Both the position numbers and the translations under genes were made by a program. A stretch of 64,000 nt of DNA from positions 64,001 through 128,000 of the forward strand of contig JAZDCZ010000289.1 of assembly GCA_036679605.1 (NCBI GenBank), given 5' to 3'. Below are positions 18,894 to 29,830 of this stretch, piece by piece; the first letter of the stretch is position 1, and every line of letters begins with the position of its first letter. The notes under the pieces are model-generated. The model made no database searches and was not told where the DNA came from. It saw nothing but the letters and a program-made list of their open reading frames with translations. The DNA is from Gemmatimonadota bacterium (lineage in GTDB: Bacteria > Gemmatimonadota > Gemmatimonadetes > Gemmatimonadales > GWC2-71-9).

Positions 18894-19005
18894 GGTGCCA
18901 ACTCCGAAATGATTGAGCAATAAGAATGACGATTCTCAGTGCGTTTTGTCAGGGGCAACGAGCCCGCTTGAGAAAGTCATGCTCCTGTGCGACTTTGAGT
19001 CTCCC

Positions 19006-19077
19006 GGCGCCGTGGCCAAGTGGTAAGGCGGAGGTCTGCAAAACCTCTATTCGGCAGTTCGAATCTGCCCGGCGCCT
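19006..19077 (+). tRNA. tRNA-Cys (GCA)
   Basis: Acceptor stem GGCGCCG/CGGCGCC, anticodon loop CTGCAAA, TTCGAAT T-loop, U discriminator. CCA is not encoded. Confidence 0.97.
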
Positions 19078-19175
19078 CTCCGCTCGCTTTGCGAGCGATC
19101 GTGGGCCGCACAGCTTCGGTCAACGCCGCTCGTCTCTGACTCGCGGCTTACGGTCGAATCTGCCCGGCGCCTCTC
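19059..19175 (+). repeat. 22-bp direct repeat of the tRNA-Cys 3' end (att-like) around a 73-nt spacer
   Basis: TCGAATCTGCCCGGCGCCTCTC at 19059-19080 and 19154-19175. Confidence 0.9.
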
Positions 19176-19231
19176 TGCAGGTCTCGTTATGTGAATGATG
19201 CGACCAGGAAGGTCGTCGGGATTTGCCGACC

Positions 19232-19648
19232 CTATGTCCGAGGTCGCTCAAGGACCGCTACGACTTTTCCATACTCCGTGCCTACCAGTCCCTCGAGTTC
19301 GTGGGCAATGTCGACATTTGGGCCAAGCTTGCTGCTCCACATGCCGCTCCGGAGTTGCCTCGCTGCGTGTTTCAGACTGTCCCCAACCGCATAGATTGCA
19401 ATCTTCTCCTTGTCGGGTTGGTGGCTGGGAGAATCACACGGGACGTAGCCGAACAAACCAAGAACTTCAATGAACGCTTCAATCGTCGCCTTCCTGGTCA
19501 CCTGTGCGGGCCAGTAGCCCAGACGGTGGGGCCACCAGTTCCGGGATTTGTCGCCGACTGCCCAAGCAATGCAGTTGTACTTTCTGTCTGGCGGGCTCGT
19601 CAATCCGTAGAGGGTAGTCCTGAGCTTTGGGAAGGACTTCTCTAGCAT
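19232..19648 (-). CDS. Hypothetical protein with a Cys/His putative catalytic signature (DUF7689-like)
   Basis: YNCIAWA, WWP..YWP, HAARQ, WSSKLG. Confidence 0.7.
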   Translation of the reverse strand: MLEKSFPKLRTTLYGLTSPPDRKYNCIAWAVGDKSRNWWPHRLGYWPAQVTRKATIEAFIEVLGLFGYVPCDSPSHQPDKEKIAIYAVGDSLKHAARQLRSGMWSSKLGPNVDIAHELEGLVGTEYGKVVAVLERPRT

Positions 19649-19651
19649 ATT

Positions 19652-20080
19652 CTAATCGTAGAAATACCTCACAGTTTTCCCCCATTCGATCCATGCCTCT
19701 GTCATTCGGTCAAGGTCTCCCCTATCGGTTGCGTTGACGGGATCGGCGCCGGTCAATGCGCTAAGGGCCCAGAACCACTGATTCGGTTCGCGCCGTAGTT
19801 CGTGGAGGATCAGTGGGATCACCTCGGGTCCCAGACCAATGATCTGCTGATAGGCGGGGTTCATCACGATCTCGTCAAGCGACGACGTGAAGGCTGTCAC
19901 AAGTCGCCATGTTTCGGCAAGGTCTCGGAACTGCGACGCCAATGGCCTGCGTGAGACAGGCTCTCCAAAGTGAATGCTAGCTGCTCGCAGATCCTTCTCC
20001 ACAAGAGCGTAGTCATTTCCGGCACCCGTCGAAGCTGGCTCGTCAAGAGCGAACCGATCGATTCCCGTATAGGCAGTCAT
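19652..20080 (-). CDS. Hypothetical helical protein, partner of the downstream gene
   Basis: PAYQQIIGLG..LILHEL..WFWAL..TGADPV. ATGA overlap with the upstream gene. Confidence 0.7.
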   Translation of the reverse strand: MTAYTGIDRFALDEPASTGAGNDYALVEKDLRAASIHFGEPVSRRPLASQFRDLAETWRLVTAFTSSLDEIVMNPAYQQIIGLGPEVIPLILHELRREPNQWFWALSALTGADPVNATDRGDLDRMTEAWIEWGKTVRYFYD

Positions 20081-20850
20081 TTGAATAACTCCTTTGCCTT
20101 GTCGGTGAAGCTGAGCGTGAAAATCTCGTTCTTTAGCGTTCTGAGTTCTTCCAAGGCATCCCAAACCTGGTCGCTGTCCGGATCATACTTACCCTCACGG
20201 AACACATCGACATCGAAAATCAGGGCAAAAATATTCGGCGACGGTGCCTTGGGATCTACCGTTTCTGTGATGATGGCTGTGCCTCTCCCTTTCGTATCTG
20301 GTACAACCAACCGCATGAAAAAGTTCGGGAGCTGCTGAGAAATGCCCTCCGCAATCTCTGGTGCTGTCAAGAAATAGTCCTTGAAAGCCAGTCCTGCCGC
20401 AGGTACAGGAATCTCGACACGGTTGATGTACCGCAGGGCGATTCTTGTGACCGCCGTGGGCTTAAAAGTCTGCCAGTAGGTGTCCCACAACCGCCGCGCT
20501 TCATCCCGCAGAGCTGCCCACGTCTCGTAAGGTCGTAGTCGGCTGAACCCAAAAAGATCTACGCGGGGCTGGACCACGCAAAGACCATCAGCAGATTTCA
20601 GCAGGAATCCGATCGGGGTCCCAGAACCCTCAGTACTGACCTCCTTCTTTTCTTTGTCGAAGTGGATGTTGGCCTCGACATTCATTCTGACACTCTTTTC
20701 GGGATACTCCGATGCGATGGCTTGGACGAATGAATCCAGATCATCGAAGTGGATGTCGGGCGGGTTTGTCACGCGAAGTTCCAGAACGGCTTCCGTTATC
20801 GGTGCGTTCGGAAAGTGAAGCTCAGTGTCCAGCTGGGTGGGGTGCGCCAC
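20077..20850 (-). CDS. TIGR04255 family protein
   Basis: NAPITEAVLELR, PYETW, RIALRYINR, IFDVDVF. Confidence 0.85.
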   Translation of the reverse strand: MAHPTQLDTELHFPNAPITEAVLELRVTNPPDIHFDDLDSFVQAIASEYPEKSVRMNVEANIHFDKEKKEVSTEGSGTPIGFLLKSADGLCVVQPRVDLFGFSRLRPYETWAALRDEARRLWDTYWQTFKPTAVTRIALRYINRVEIPVPAAGLAFKDYFLTAPEIAEGISQQLPNFFMRLVVPDTKGRGTAIITETVDPKAPSPNIFALIFDVDVFREGKYDPDSDQVWDALEELRTLKNEIFTLSFTDKAKELFK

Positions 20851-20923
20851 AGACTATAATCTGCTCACTTCTATCACCGAAGACAAGTCGACTTGCTAGT
20901 CATTGAACGACAGTCCCACAATC

Positions 20924-22120
20924 TCAACGGTATTTCTTCACCACAGCCGCCAGAACCTCAATAGCCTCATGTAACTGCTGGTCTGACAGATACGGTGCGG
21001 GCCCCAGTCTCAGGGTGTCGCCTCGATTGTCCGCGAGAACACCGGCCTCGTTCAGGCCTTGCCGAATCGATTCTGCCAGCGGCGACCGCAGAGCTAGAAA
21101 TCCGCCGATCCCACTGAGATCAATGCTCTTGTCGCGAGATATGATTGCCTCGTCGAGATCTGCGTCATCGAACGATCGAGCCAATAAGGCCACCTGGTGT
21201 TGGCTCACCTGTCGCAGGAAATTAGGCGTCAACTGCTCACGCTCGAAGAAGTCGAACACTTCGCTCGCACGGTAATGGCTCGTGGGGTCATAGGTTGCTC
21301 CGGCAAACCGGTCCGCACCGTCGGCGTATTGAACGAGTTTGCCGGTCTCGGTCTCGCTCATGCTACCGAACTCGCCGAACCATCCGGTAATGACGGGCCG
21401 CATCCTGCATCCTGCGGGAACGCGCAGAAAACAATTACCCTCTCCGAGTTGACAGTACTTGTATCCGCCACCAACCACGAACGCCCCTGCGAGTCGCTCC
21501 TTCCCCAGAGAGAAGGGCAGCACGTTCAGTGCATGGTATGCGTCCACGAGTAGCTCGGCTCCCACTTTCTGACAGGCTGATAGGACATCCCCCAAGCCGG
21601 GTACGATGTGTGCGTTCTGAAACAGAATTGCCGAGACCATCACTGCGGCTGTGCGATCGTCCACGGCCTCGCAGAGCCGCGCCGAAAGAGTCTTCGCAGG
21701 CAGAGCCGCGATCTTCTCCACTCGGATGTTCTCTTCGGAGAGGCGGTCAAGCTGACGTCGCAGTGTATGAAATTCACCATCGGTAGTTATGATCTTGGGG
21801 CGGTCTCGCAGGGGTATGGCCGAGATGAACCGCAATATGAGATCGTGGGTGTTTTGTGCCAGTGCGATGTCTCCCCCATCGTCGTCCAACAGCCTAGCGA
21901 ACCCCCTACGTACCCGCTCTGCCTTTTCAAACGCGCGATCCCACTTCTCGTCGGCGCACTCGGCGGCATCCAGCCATGCCTGCTTCTGACCTTCAAATCC
22001 GCAATCGGGCCATGCCTGATGTGAGTGGCCGGTAAGCCGCAGGCTCTCAGTAACACGGAACCTGCTGTAATGCTGAGCCAGCCGGTTCAGGGTTCGGTAG
22101 AGATCGGATGGATCCATCAC
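20924..22120 (-). CDS. kynU: Kynureninase
   Basis: Class V PLP enzyme (DAYH, GGYKY, PVITGWF) adjacent to TDO. Confidence 0.85.
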   Translation of the reverse strand: MMDPSDLYRTLNRLAQHYSRFRVTESLRLTGHSHQAWPDCGFEGQKQAWLDAAECADEKWDRAFEKAERVRRGFARLLDDDGGDIALAQNTHDLILRFISAIPLRDRPKIITTDGEFHTLRRQLDRLSEENIRVEKIAALPAKTLSARLCEAVDDRTAAVMVSAILFQNAHIVPGLGDVLSACQKVGAELLVDAYHALNVLPFSLGKERLAGAFVVGGGYKYCQLGEGNCFLRVPAGCRMRPVITGWFGEFGSMSETETGKLVQYADGADRFAGATYDPTSHYRASEVFDFFEREQLTPNFLRQVSQHQVALLARSFDDADLDEAIISRDKSIDLSGIGGFLALRSPLAESIRQGLNEAGVLADNRGDTLRLGPAPYLSDQQLHEAIEVLAAVVKKYR

Positions 22121-22124
22121 GCCG

Positions 22125-22907
22125 TCATAGGTCGGTTCGAATTGCCCACAGGTCGGGGAAGGCCGGCTTGAAGAGTGTAGTCTTGAGGTAGTCCGCTCCG
22201 TCGGAGCCCCCGGTGCCTTCCTTTGTGCCGATGGTTCGCTGCACCATCTTCACATGACGGTAACGCCACTCCTGAATCCCCTCGTCAAAATCCACCAAAC
22301 GCTCGCACAATTGTGTGGTCAACGGGTCGTTGCGGTAAATGTCGACCAACTGTCGCTGCACGGCAGGGGATGGTTTGGTCGATTCAGTGGGGTCGGCATT
22401 CAGTAAATCCGCCGGCAACTCGTAACCGATGTTGGCGAGGTACTTCAAGAAGGTCAGCCAAAGGGACGGCTTGCGAAAGCGGATATCTAGACGCTGCCGG
22501 TCACTCGAGTCCGCGTTGAATCTCTCGAGCGCCTCGCGATTCTTGAGTCCGAGTGTGAACTCCAGTTCGCGGAACTGACATGACTGAAACCCGCTACCCG
22601 ATTCGAGTCGCTCTCTGAAGGAGAGGAAGTCAAGTGGCGTCATGGTCTCCAGTATGTCCAGTTGTGCTACCAATACCTTGAGGATCGTTAGCACGCGCTT
22701 CATACCCTTCAGAACAGGTGGTGTAGCGCCGGCGTCCAGGCGCGCCATTATGTAGTCGAGTTCGTGGAGTATCTCCTTAAACCACAGTTCGTAGACCTGA
22801 TGGACGACGATGAACAGCATTTCATCGTGCTCCAGGTCTTCAGATCGCGGCTGTTGCAGAGATAGGAGTTCGTCTAATTGCAGGTAGCTGGAATATGTCA
22901 CCGGCAT
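22125..22907 (-). CDS. kynA: Tryptophan 2,3-dioxygenase
   Basis: HDEMLFIVVHQVYELWFK, SGFQS, WRYRH..GTGGS. Confidence 0.95.
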   Translation of the reverse strand: MPVTYSSYLQLDELLSLQQPRSEDLEHDEMLFIVVHQVYELWFKEILHELDYIMARLDAGATPPVLKGMKRVLTILKVLVAQLDILETMTPLDFLSFRERLESGSGFQSCQFRELEFTLGLKNREALERFNADSSDRQRLDIRFRKPSLWLTFLKYLANIGYELPADLLNADPTESTKPSPAVQRQLVDIYRNDPLTTQLCERLVDFDEGIQEWRYRHVKMVQRTIGTKEGTGGSDGADYLKTTLFKPAFPDLWAIRTDL

Positions 22908-22946
22908 GGATACACCCGTTGTTGATGGCCTGAATGTTGACTTCGA

Positions 22947-25199
22947 TTACTTGAAGCGTGGTGTGTATTCGTTCAATGATGAGTACTGATCGGGCCACCG
23001 AAGTTCATGGCCCAGTTCGTAAGCGGCATGTCGAGTCCAGTACGGATTCCACAGGTGCGCGCGCGCCATCACACACAGATCGGCTCGGCCCGCCGCCAGG
23101 ATACTGTTCACGTCCTCGTACGAAGATATGTTGCCGACAGCCATTGTTGGAATTCCGACCTCGTGCCTGACCCGGTCGCTGAATGGTGTCTGAAACTGAC
23201 GCCCATAAACCGGCTGTGCGTCGGGAACCGTCTGTCCGGCGGAGACGTCGATTATGTCGCAACCGTGTTCCTTTAGCAGCCGGGCTACGTCGACCGCATC
23301 ATGTGGCTCTACTCCACCCGGGGCCCAGTCGGTTGCCGAGATACGTACGGAGATAGGCTTGTGCGCTGGCCAAGACGCACGTACTGCGTCAAACACATCG
23401 AGTGGGAATCTCATCCGGCGTTCTAGGTCGCCACCGTATTCATCGGTGCGGAGGTTCGTGAGTGGCGAGATGAAGCTGCCAAGTAGGTAACCGTGGGCGA
23501 AATGTACCTCCAGCATGTCGAAGCCGGCCTCTTCCGCCATGTCGGCGGCACGGACGAACGATGCTCGCACGTCGTCCATGTCGGACCTTGTCATCTCGAT
23601 CGGAACTTGGCTGTGATCGAAGTAGGGCACTGCTGACGGTGCCATGATGGGCCAGTTTCCTTTGGTGAGCGGTTCGTCCATTCCCTCCCACAATATGCGC
23701 GTCGAACCCTTCCGTCCGGCATGCCCCAACTGTAGGCCGATTCTTGCATAACTATGCTGGTGAACGAAGTCCGTTATGCGTCTCCACTGGATGACGTGAT
23801 CGGGACTGTAGATGCCGGCGCATCCGGGCGATATGCGCGCGTCGGCGCTGATGTCGGTCATCTCCGCGATCACAAGCCCGGCGCCGCCGACGGCCCGTGC
23901 GCCCAAGTGAACAAGATGCCAGTCATTGGGAGTGCCGTCCTGTGCGCTGTATTGACACATGGGGGAAACAACGACGCGATTGACGAGACGCATGTCCCTT
24001 AGCCTGAAAGGCGTAAAGAGCGGAGGCGGAACACGTTCAGGCCGACTCTGATAATGTCCCTCGGCGATGGCACGCTCTGTAAACCACGTGTCTACATTGT
24101 CGATGAATTTAGGATCACGAAGTCTCAAGCTTTCATGCGTGATCCGCAGACTTCGCGTGAGCAAGTTGAACGCAAATTGTGTTGGGTCCAGGTCCATATA
24201 GCGTTCTGTATCCTCAAACCACTGTAAACTCACCTGCGCTGCCCGCTGCAAGCTTTCAACTTCTGGCCGGCGCCGCTCTTCGTACTCAGCCAATGCATCG
24301 GAGAGCGTGTCATGCGAATCAAGAGCGGCAGCAAGTGCTATGCAGTCCTCCATTGCTAGTTTCGTTCCCGATCCAACCGAGAAATGAGCCGTGTGGGCGG
24401 CATCGCCCAGCAGAACAACGTTGTCGTATGACCACCGCTCATTCTTAATGGTTGGGAAATTACGCCAAATCGACTTGTTCTTCAGTAATCGGTGACCTTC
24501 TAACTCTTCAGCGAGCAAATTCTCGCAGAACTCGAGGGTTCGATCTTCATCCTCTTCCTCAATGCCGGTAGCGCGCCATGCACTCTCAGTAGTCTCTACG
24601 ATGACTGTGGAGTGGCCGGGCTCATACTGGTACGCATGTATGCGCCATAGCCCATGTTCGTCTTGCTTGAAGTAGAAGGTGAATGCATCGAAAGATCGCG
24701 TGCTGCCGAGCCATACGAACTTGTTCGGTCTCCAGTCGATGTTGGGCCGAAAAGCGTCACTGTACTTGGCTCGTATGGTGCTGTTGAAACCGTCTGCAGC
24801 GACGACGAGATCGGCGTCACGATATTTGTCTGGGTCGGTGACCGGTGTCTCAAATTGCAGCTTTACACCGAGTTCATGACAGCGGTACGCTAGGATCAAC
24901 AGGAGTTTCTGCCGAGACATGCCACTGAATCCGTGTCCCGACGATGTAATGAGTTGACCTTTGTAATGAACGTCTACGTTGTCCCAGCGTGCGACATGTC
25001 GCATCATTTCATCGTGCGTTGCACGATCGGCGGCCGCCAGGTTGTCCTGAGTGGCGTCGGAAAAAACCACACCAAACCCAAAGGTATCGTCCAGGCGATT
25101 CTGTTCTACGACGGTGATATCGTACGTAGGGTGTGCCTTCTTCATTATGACCGCGAAATACAGCCCAGCCGCGCCACCTCCAATGCACACGATTTTCAT
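22947..25199 (-). CDS. abmA: Anthraniloyl-CoA monooxygenase/reductase (bifunctional salicylyl-CoA 5-hydroxylase family)
   Basis: FAD monooxygenase N-half ([28 protein letters not shown]) fused to an OYE C-half ([13 protein letters not shown]). Confidence 0.92.
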   Translation of the reverse strand: MKIVCIGGGAAGLYFAVIMKKAHPTYDITVVEQNRLDDTFGFGVVFSDATQDNLAAADRATHDEMMRHVARWDNVDVHYKGQLITSSGHGFSGMSRQKLLLILAYRCHELGVKLQFETPVTDPDKYRDADLVVAADGFNSTIRAKYSDAFRPNIDWRPNKFVWLGSTRSFDAFTFYFKQDEHGLWRIHAYQYEPGHSTVIVETTESAWRATGIEEEDEDRTLEFCENLLAEELEGHRLLKNKSIWRNFPTIKNERWSYDNVVLLGDAAHTAHFSVGSGTKLAMEDCIALAAALDSHDTLSDALAEYEERRRPEVESLQRAAQVSLQWFEDTERYMDLDPTQFAFNLLTRSLRITHESLRLRDPKFIDNVDTWFTERAIAEGHYQSRPERVPPPLFTPFRLRDMRLVNRVVVSPMCQYSAQDGTPNDWHLVHLGARAVGGAGLVIAEMTDISADARISPGCAGIYSPDHVIQWRRITDFVHQHSYARIGLQLGHAGRKGSTRILWEGMDEPLTKGNWPIMAPSAVPYFDHSQVPIEMTRSDMDDVRASFVRAADMAEEAGFDMLEVHFAHGYLLGSFISPLTNLRTDEYGGDLERRMRFPLDVFDAVRASWPAHKPISVRISATDWAPGGVEPHDAVDVARLLKEHGCDIIDVSAGQTVPDAQPVYGRQFQTPFSDRVRHEVGIPTMAVGNISSYEDVNSILAAGRADLCVMARAHLWNPYWTRHAAYELGHELRWPDQYSSLNEYTPRFK

Positions 25200-26668
25200 A
25201 GATCGTCAGTCGCAGGTGGCGCCGACAGGTTCCTGGTGCGAGGCGCAACGAGACGACGCTTCGCTTCGTCCGTCAACGAGATGTTGGGTTCGTCTAGGTC
25301 GATACGGTCCCATAGCTTACATGTCACTTTCTTGTGTACCTGATCGAGCCCTTCACAGTAGTTAGTGAACGAACATCGGCGGATCTCGTCACCTCGGCCA
25401 AGTTTGATCTTCAAGAACCAATCGGGGTCGGCCAACGTCTGGCGGGCCGAAGCTACAATATCTGCCTCGCCGCGCTCTAGGATGCGTTCTGCTTGATCCA
25501 GAGTGCTGATGCCGCCTGATACCACGACAGGTGTCTGGTACCCCTCGTTGTGGAGTGCCATGCGGACTGTCGCTGTCGCGGCAACGTTCCGACCGAAGGG
25601 TCCGGCATCATCCGACCTAACGGTCGGCATGCATTCGTAACCGCTGGGCCCAGTGTATGGATAAGCTGCCCAACCGATCTTCGGTTGCTTTGCGTCCTCG
25701 AATTTCCCGCCGCGGGAAAGCGAAAGGTAATCCATTCCTGCATCAGCAAACTGTACTGCGAAATATGCCGCATCATCGATCGTGCTTCCGCCCGGGATAC
25801 ACTCCTCCGTCAGATAGCGACACCCGACCACGAACTGGCTAGATACCGCGTTCTTTACCGCATGAAACACCTCAAGTGGTAACCGAACGCGGTTAGCGAG
25901 CGACCCTCCATAGTTATCAGCGCGGTCGTTCAAAGCCGATAGAAACGAAGCCATGGTGTAGGCGTGGGCGTAGTGTAACTCGACGCCGTGAAAGTCGCAC
26001 GCCTCGGCCCGCTTGGCCGCTGCGCTGAATGTACTGGGCAATGTCATAGGAAGGTCGCGAATGTGCGGCCTATCCAGATCCGTGACACGTTCCCGGTAGC
26101 CAAATCTCAGGGACTCCAATTCACGATCCGAGAGGACGCCCGACAAATCTTCGTCGGCTAGCGCTAGTAACTCTAGCCGTATTTCTTCATCTGATCCGGC
26201 AACAACGCGACGGTGTGCGTCAGTGATCTCCAGATACTTTCCCAGAAAGAGTTCCTTAGTAGGACGTCTCCGGATGACCTGAAAGTCTATGATCTGGATG
26301 AAGAGCTTGGTGCGGTCGTGACTGGCTTTCCTTACCGTCGCGGCGAGACGCTTGAGTCCTGGTACGAAACGATCGTGTCCGATCCTCAGTAGCGGGCCGC
26401 TCTTGATGTCACGTATCCCAGTTGCCTCCACGACGATGGCACCAGGCTGCCCCTCTGCCATGCGCTCGTACCAGTCGAGGATGTCCTGAGTTACATACCC
26501 CTCATCGGTTGCCCTCCACGGTACCATTGCAGGCACCCATGTGCGTTCGGCCAGCACCAAGTGACCGAGTCGTATTGGTTGAAACCACTTGGAGCTAGCT
26601 GCCTCCCGTTTGGTGGGCCACTGCGGCTCAGGTGTCGAGTGCTTGACTGGATTGGGTGGGTGCCACAT
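25196..26668 (-). CDS. NADH:flavin oxidoreductase (old yellow enzyme family)
   Basis: [36 protein letters not shown]. Confidence 0.85.
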   Translation of the reverse strand: MWHPPNPVKHSTPEPQWPTKREAASSKWFQPIRLGHLVLAERTWVPAMVPWRATDEGYVTQDILDWYERMAEGQPGAIVVEATGIRDIKSGPLLRIGHDRFVPGLKRLAATVRKASHDRTKLFIQIIDFQVIRRRPTKELFLGKYLEITDAHRRVVAGSDEEIRLELLALADEDLSGVLSDRELESLRFGYRERVTDLDRPHIRDLPMTLPSTFSAAAKRAEACDFHGVELHYAHAYTMASFLSALNDRADNYGGSLANRVRLPLEVFHAVKNAVSSQFVVGCRYLTEECIPGGSTIDDAAYFAVQFADAGMDYLSLSRGGKFEDAKQPKIGWAAYPYTGPSGYECMPTVRSDDAGPFGRNVAATATVRMALHNEGYQTPVVVSGGISTLDQAERILERGEADIVASARQTLADPDWFLKIKLGRGDEIRRCSFTNYCEGLDQVHKKVTCKLWDRIDLDEPNISLTDEAKRRLVAPRTRNLSAPPATDDL

Positions 26669-27803
26669 CTGCGAGTAAATGTCGGGCTATGATCAACTGT
26701 TGGATTTCCGTGGTCCCCTCATAGATCCGGAGTGCACGAACCGCTCGATACAGCCGATCCACCGTACTGTCAGCGAGGATGCCACGACCACCAAGAATCT
26801 GTATCGAATCATCGACGATACGTTGAGCAGCTTCCGTTGCGAACGCTTTGGCCATGGAGGCCTCTACGGTTACCCGATCTGCTCCGTGGTCTTTCTCGAA
26901 CGCAGCCCGGTAGACTAATAGGCGGGCGGCCGTGAGATCCGTGGCCATTCGAGCAAGCTTCGCCTGCACTAGTTGGAAGTCGCCGAGCCTTGCGCCGAAT
27001 TGGCGTCGCGTAACTGCGTGGTTCAATGCCTCACTCAGGGCTCGCTCGGCGAGGCCACACGCAGCGGCTCCTACGGTGGCGCGCAAGCGATCGAGTGTAG
27101 CGAGCCCGATTTTGAAGCCACCGCCCTCATCACCCAGCATGCAATCTATCGAAATGCGACAGTCGCGAAACGCGATCTCACCGAGAGGATGTGGTTCGCT
27201 CATAATTTGCGAGCCCACGAACTCGAATCCGGGGGCATCAGCTGCGACGAGAAAACAGGAGATACCCTTGGCACCCTTTTTTGGGTCAGTAGATGCGAAG
27301 ACCACATAGAAGTCGGCGATGCCGGCATTGGAAATAAGCGTCTTACTGCCGTTCAGCAGGTAGTGGTCGCCATCCCGTGTGGCTACAGTGGTGAGTGCTG
27401 CTACGTCGGAGCCGGCCTCATGTTCGGTCATTGCAAAGGCGCCCATGGCTTCTCCTGCCAGCGCCCTTGGAAGCCAACGATCTTTGATTGCAGAATCTTC
27501 GATCAGGAGTAGCGGCGTGGTCCCCAGTGCCTGCAGCGCGAATACTGCATCGGCGAGAGGAGATTCATCGGCTAATGCCTCCCGTATGAGGCAGCAAGCC
27601 CTAAGGTCCTGATCGCCGATCGGCGCGAACCAACCGCTGTCTCCGAGGCTAGTCAGAATTGTGCGCGCATTCTCTCTGGCGGCGACGTCATCGGCAGCGT
27701 GGGAAATTTGTGCGATATCGTTGGCGGCGAACTCCGCTATCTGAGTTGCCAGCTCGAGGTGTCTGTCCTCGAGAAACGCCCGCACTGCATGTGTATCCGG
27801 CAC
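26628..27803 (-). CDS. Acyl-CoA dehydrogenase
   Basis: AFAMTEHEAGSD, RRQFG, RIYEGTTEIQ. Confidence 0.92.
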   Translation of the reverse strand: MPDTHAVRAFLEDRHLELATQIAEFAANDIAQISHAADDVAARENARTILTSLGDSGWFAPIGDQDLRACCLIREALADESPLADAVFALQALGTTPLLLIEDSAIKDRWLPRALAGEAMGAFAMTEHEAGSDVAALTTVATRDGDHYLLNGSKTLISNAGIADFYVVFASTDPKKGAKGISCFLVAADAPGFEFVGSQIMSEPHPLGEIAFRDCRISIDCMLGDEGGGFKIGLATLDRLRATVGAAACGLAERALSEALNHAVTRRQFGARLGDFQLVQAKLARMATDLTAARLLVYRAAFEKDHGADRVTVEASMAKAFATEAAQRIVDDSIQILGGRGILADSTVDRLYRAVRALRIYEGTTEIQQLIIARHLLADVAPTQSSQALDT

Positions 27804-27810
27804 TCGTCGC

Positions 27811-28611
27811 TCAGGTAAACTTTGGGTCGCGCTTCGCCACGAACGCATCGTAGGACTCGCGAAAGTTAGGGCTGAGCATACAGCCGGCCTGCGCCTGCGC
27901 CTCTGCGTCCAGCGCAGTCACGAAATCCATCGCTGCTTCCTGGCTGAGCGAGGTCTTGGTCACACCGAGCGCGAAGGAGGGGCCTTTGGCCAGTTGCTCG
28001 GCAAAAGTTTTCGCTTCAGCGGCTAAATCATTTCTCGAGACGACTCTATTGTAGAGACCAATGCGGAGGGCCTCTTCGGCGCTGATGAACTCACCCGTCA
28101 TAAGTAATTCGCTAGCGCGTCCGAATCCTACGATACGAGGCAGGAGCCACGCGGCTCCCATATCTGCACCGGATAATCCGACGCGCGTAAAAAGAAATGC
28201 GATTTTTGCCGAGTCGGCAGCAATTCGGATGTCGCTCGCGATGGATATTACTGCCCCTGCGCCAGCTACTGTGCCGTTCAATGCAGCTACCACAGGACGT
28301 CGACATTGCCGAATTGCCAAGATCAAATCACAGGTCATTCTGGTAAATTCCAGCAGGCCCTCGTAGTCTCGTTGGAACAAAGCACCGATGATGTCTTCGA
28401 CGTCGCCGCCAGAGCAGAATGCCCGGCCCGCACCTGTTATGACAATCGCGCGTACCCCGGGTTCGGTGTCGAGTTGACGGAAGGTGTCGCGAAGTTCTCC
28501 GTAGCTATCGAAGGTCAATGCATTGAGGCGATCCGGTCTATTCAGAGTTATGGTGGCAACAGCGGTATCCGTGTTGTGCTCGTAGAGAAACGTTGCCGGT
28601 GTGAGAGCCAT
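27811..28611 (-). CDS. Enoyl-CoA hydratase family protein
   Basis: LNRPDRLNAL, AFCSGGD, GLSGADMG. Confidence 0.92.
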   Translation of the reverse strand: MALTPATFLYEHNTDTAVATITLNRPDRLNALTFDSYGELRDTFRQLDTEPGVRAIVITGAGRAFCSGGDVEDIIGALFQRDYEGLLEFTRMTCDLILAIRQCRRPVVAALNGTVAGAGAVISIASDIRIAADSAKIAFLFTRVGLSGADMGAAWLLPRIVGFGRASELLMTGEFISAEEALRIGLYNRVVSRNDLAAEAKTFAEQLAKGPSFALGVTKTSLSQEAAMDFVTALDAEAQAQAGCMLSPNFRESYDAFVAKRDPKFT

Positions 28612-28625
28612 TATGAGGGATCTCC

Positions 28626-29033
28626 TTAGTCGAATGGGATCACTGCAGTGGCCTCGATCTCGACCATCGCATTCTGCTCGAGCAAACCCTTGACCTGAAC
28701 CAAGGCCATAGCTGGGAAGTGACGTCCCATGAGGGCTCGGTACGCTTGACCCAATGGTTTCAAACTCGCTGTGTAGGCGTCCAAGTCGGTCACGTAAATA
28801 GTGAGTCGACCGATATGACTTGGCTGACCGCCGGCCTCGATGACTACGGACACTGCGTTTTCCAGGGCACGCTCGAATTGCTCGACGAATTCTTTTGCCA
28901 CCACGGTTCCCGTAGAATCGCTGGCCACTTGACCCGCGACGAACAGTATGCGTCCCCTAGCCGGCGCAAGCATACCGTTGTTCCAACCCTTGGGTGCGCC
29001 CAACGATTCCGGATTAATGATTTGGAATGTCAT
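28626..29033 (-). CDS. RidA/YjgF family protein
   Basis: LFVAGQ, FPAMALV, VEIEATA. Start overlaps the SDR stop. Confidence 0.9.
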   Translation of the reverse strand: MTFQIINPESLGAPKGWNNGMLAPARGRILFVAGQVASDSTGTVVAKEFVEQFERALENAVSVVIEAGGQPSHIGRLTIYVTDLDAYTASLKPLGQAYRALMGRHFPAMALVQVKGLLEQNAMVEIEATAVIPFD

Positions 29034-29830
29034 CCTAGGTAGCCACCTCCGTCCATGACTATGGCTTGGCCGTTGACGCTCTTGGCGTTGGGAGTACATA
29101 ACCACAGTGCGAGACTGGCCACCTCCTCCGGTGCAATCAGTCGCCTTTGCGGCGACGTGTCCAAGATCGCTGCCAAGGCTTCGTCTGCAGACATACCCGT
29201 GCTCGCTGTTATGCGCTCGACCGACTGACGTGTCATGTCGGTGTCGACGTATCCTGGACATATGGCGTTGACCGTGACATCACGATGGGCCGCCTCGGCA
29301 GCAACAGAACGCGTGAAACCCACAACGGCATGTTTTGAAGCACTGTACGCCGAGATATACTTAGCGCCCGATACTCCTGCCACCGAAGTAATGTTGACGA
29401 CGCGTCCCCAATTCTGTTCCATCATCTTGGGCAAGAACGCTTGGGTGCAGAGAAAGGTGCCGGTAGCGTTTACCGCCATCAGACGATTCCAATCATCGAG
29501 CGTTTGCTTCCGAAGCGGCGCTGACGTCGCAATTCCAGCATTGTTTACCAGAATGTCGATATGGTCAAGGTGTCCGTATGCGGCGCTTGCCATGTCCGCT
29601 ACACTGGACGGATCTGAGACATCGCACGGAACGGCCCAGGCATCGTGTCCTGCAGCTCGCAACTCTTCGACTAGTTGATCGAGTTGGCTCTGTGTCCTGG
29701 CTGTGACAATAACGGAGGCACCGGCCGCTGCCAGGGTCCTGGCCACAGCTTCTCCGATGCCTCGTCCACCACCTGTCACAAGGGCGGTCCGGTGGCCGAG
29801 TTGCGGGCGCGGCTCCATTGAATGACTCAT
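29030..29830 (-). CDS. Short-chain dehydrogenase/reductase
   Basis: TGGGRGIG, NNAG, YSASK. Confidence 0.92.
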   Translation of the reverse strand: MSHSMEPRPQLGHRTALVTGGGRGIGEAVARTLAAAGASVIVTARTQSQLDQLVEELRAAGHDAWAVPCDVSDPSSVADMASAAYGHLDHIDILVNNAGIATSAPLRKQTLDDWNRLMAVNATGTFLCTQAFLPKMMEQNWGRVVNITSVAGVSGAKYISAYSASKHAVVGFTRSVAAEAAHRDVTVNAICPGYVDTDMTRQSVERITASTGMSADEALAAILDTSPQRRLIAPEEVASLALWLCTPNAKSVNGQAIVMDGGGYLG

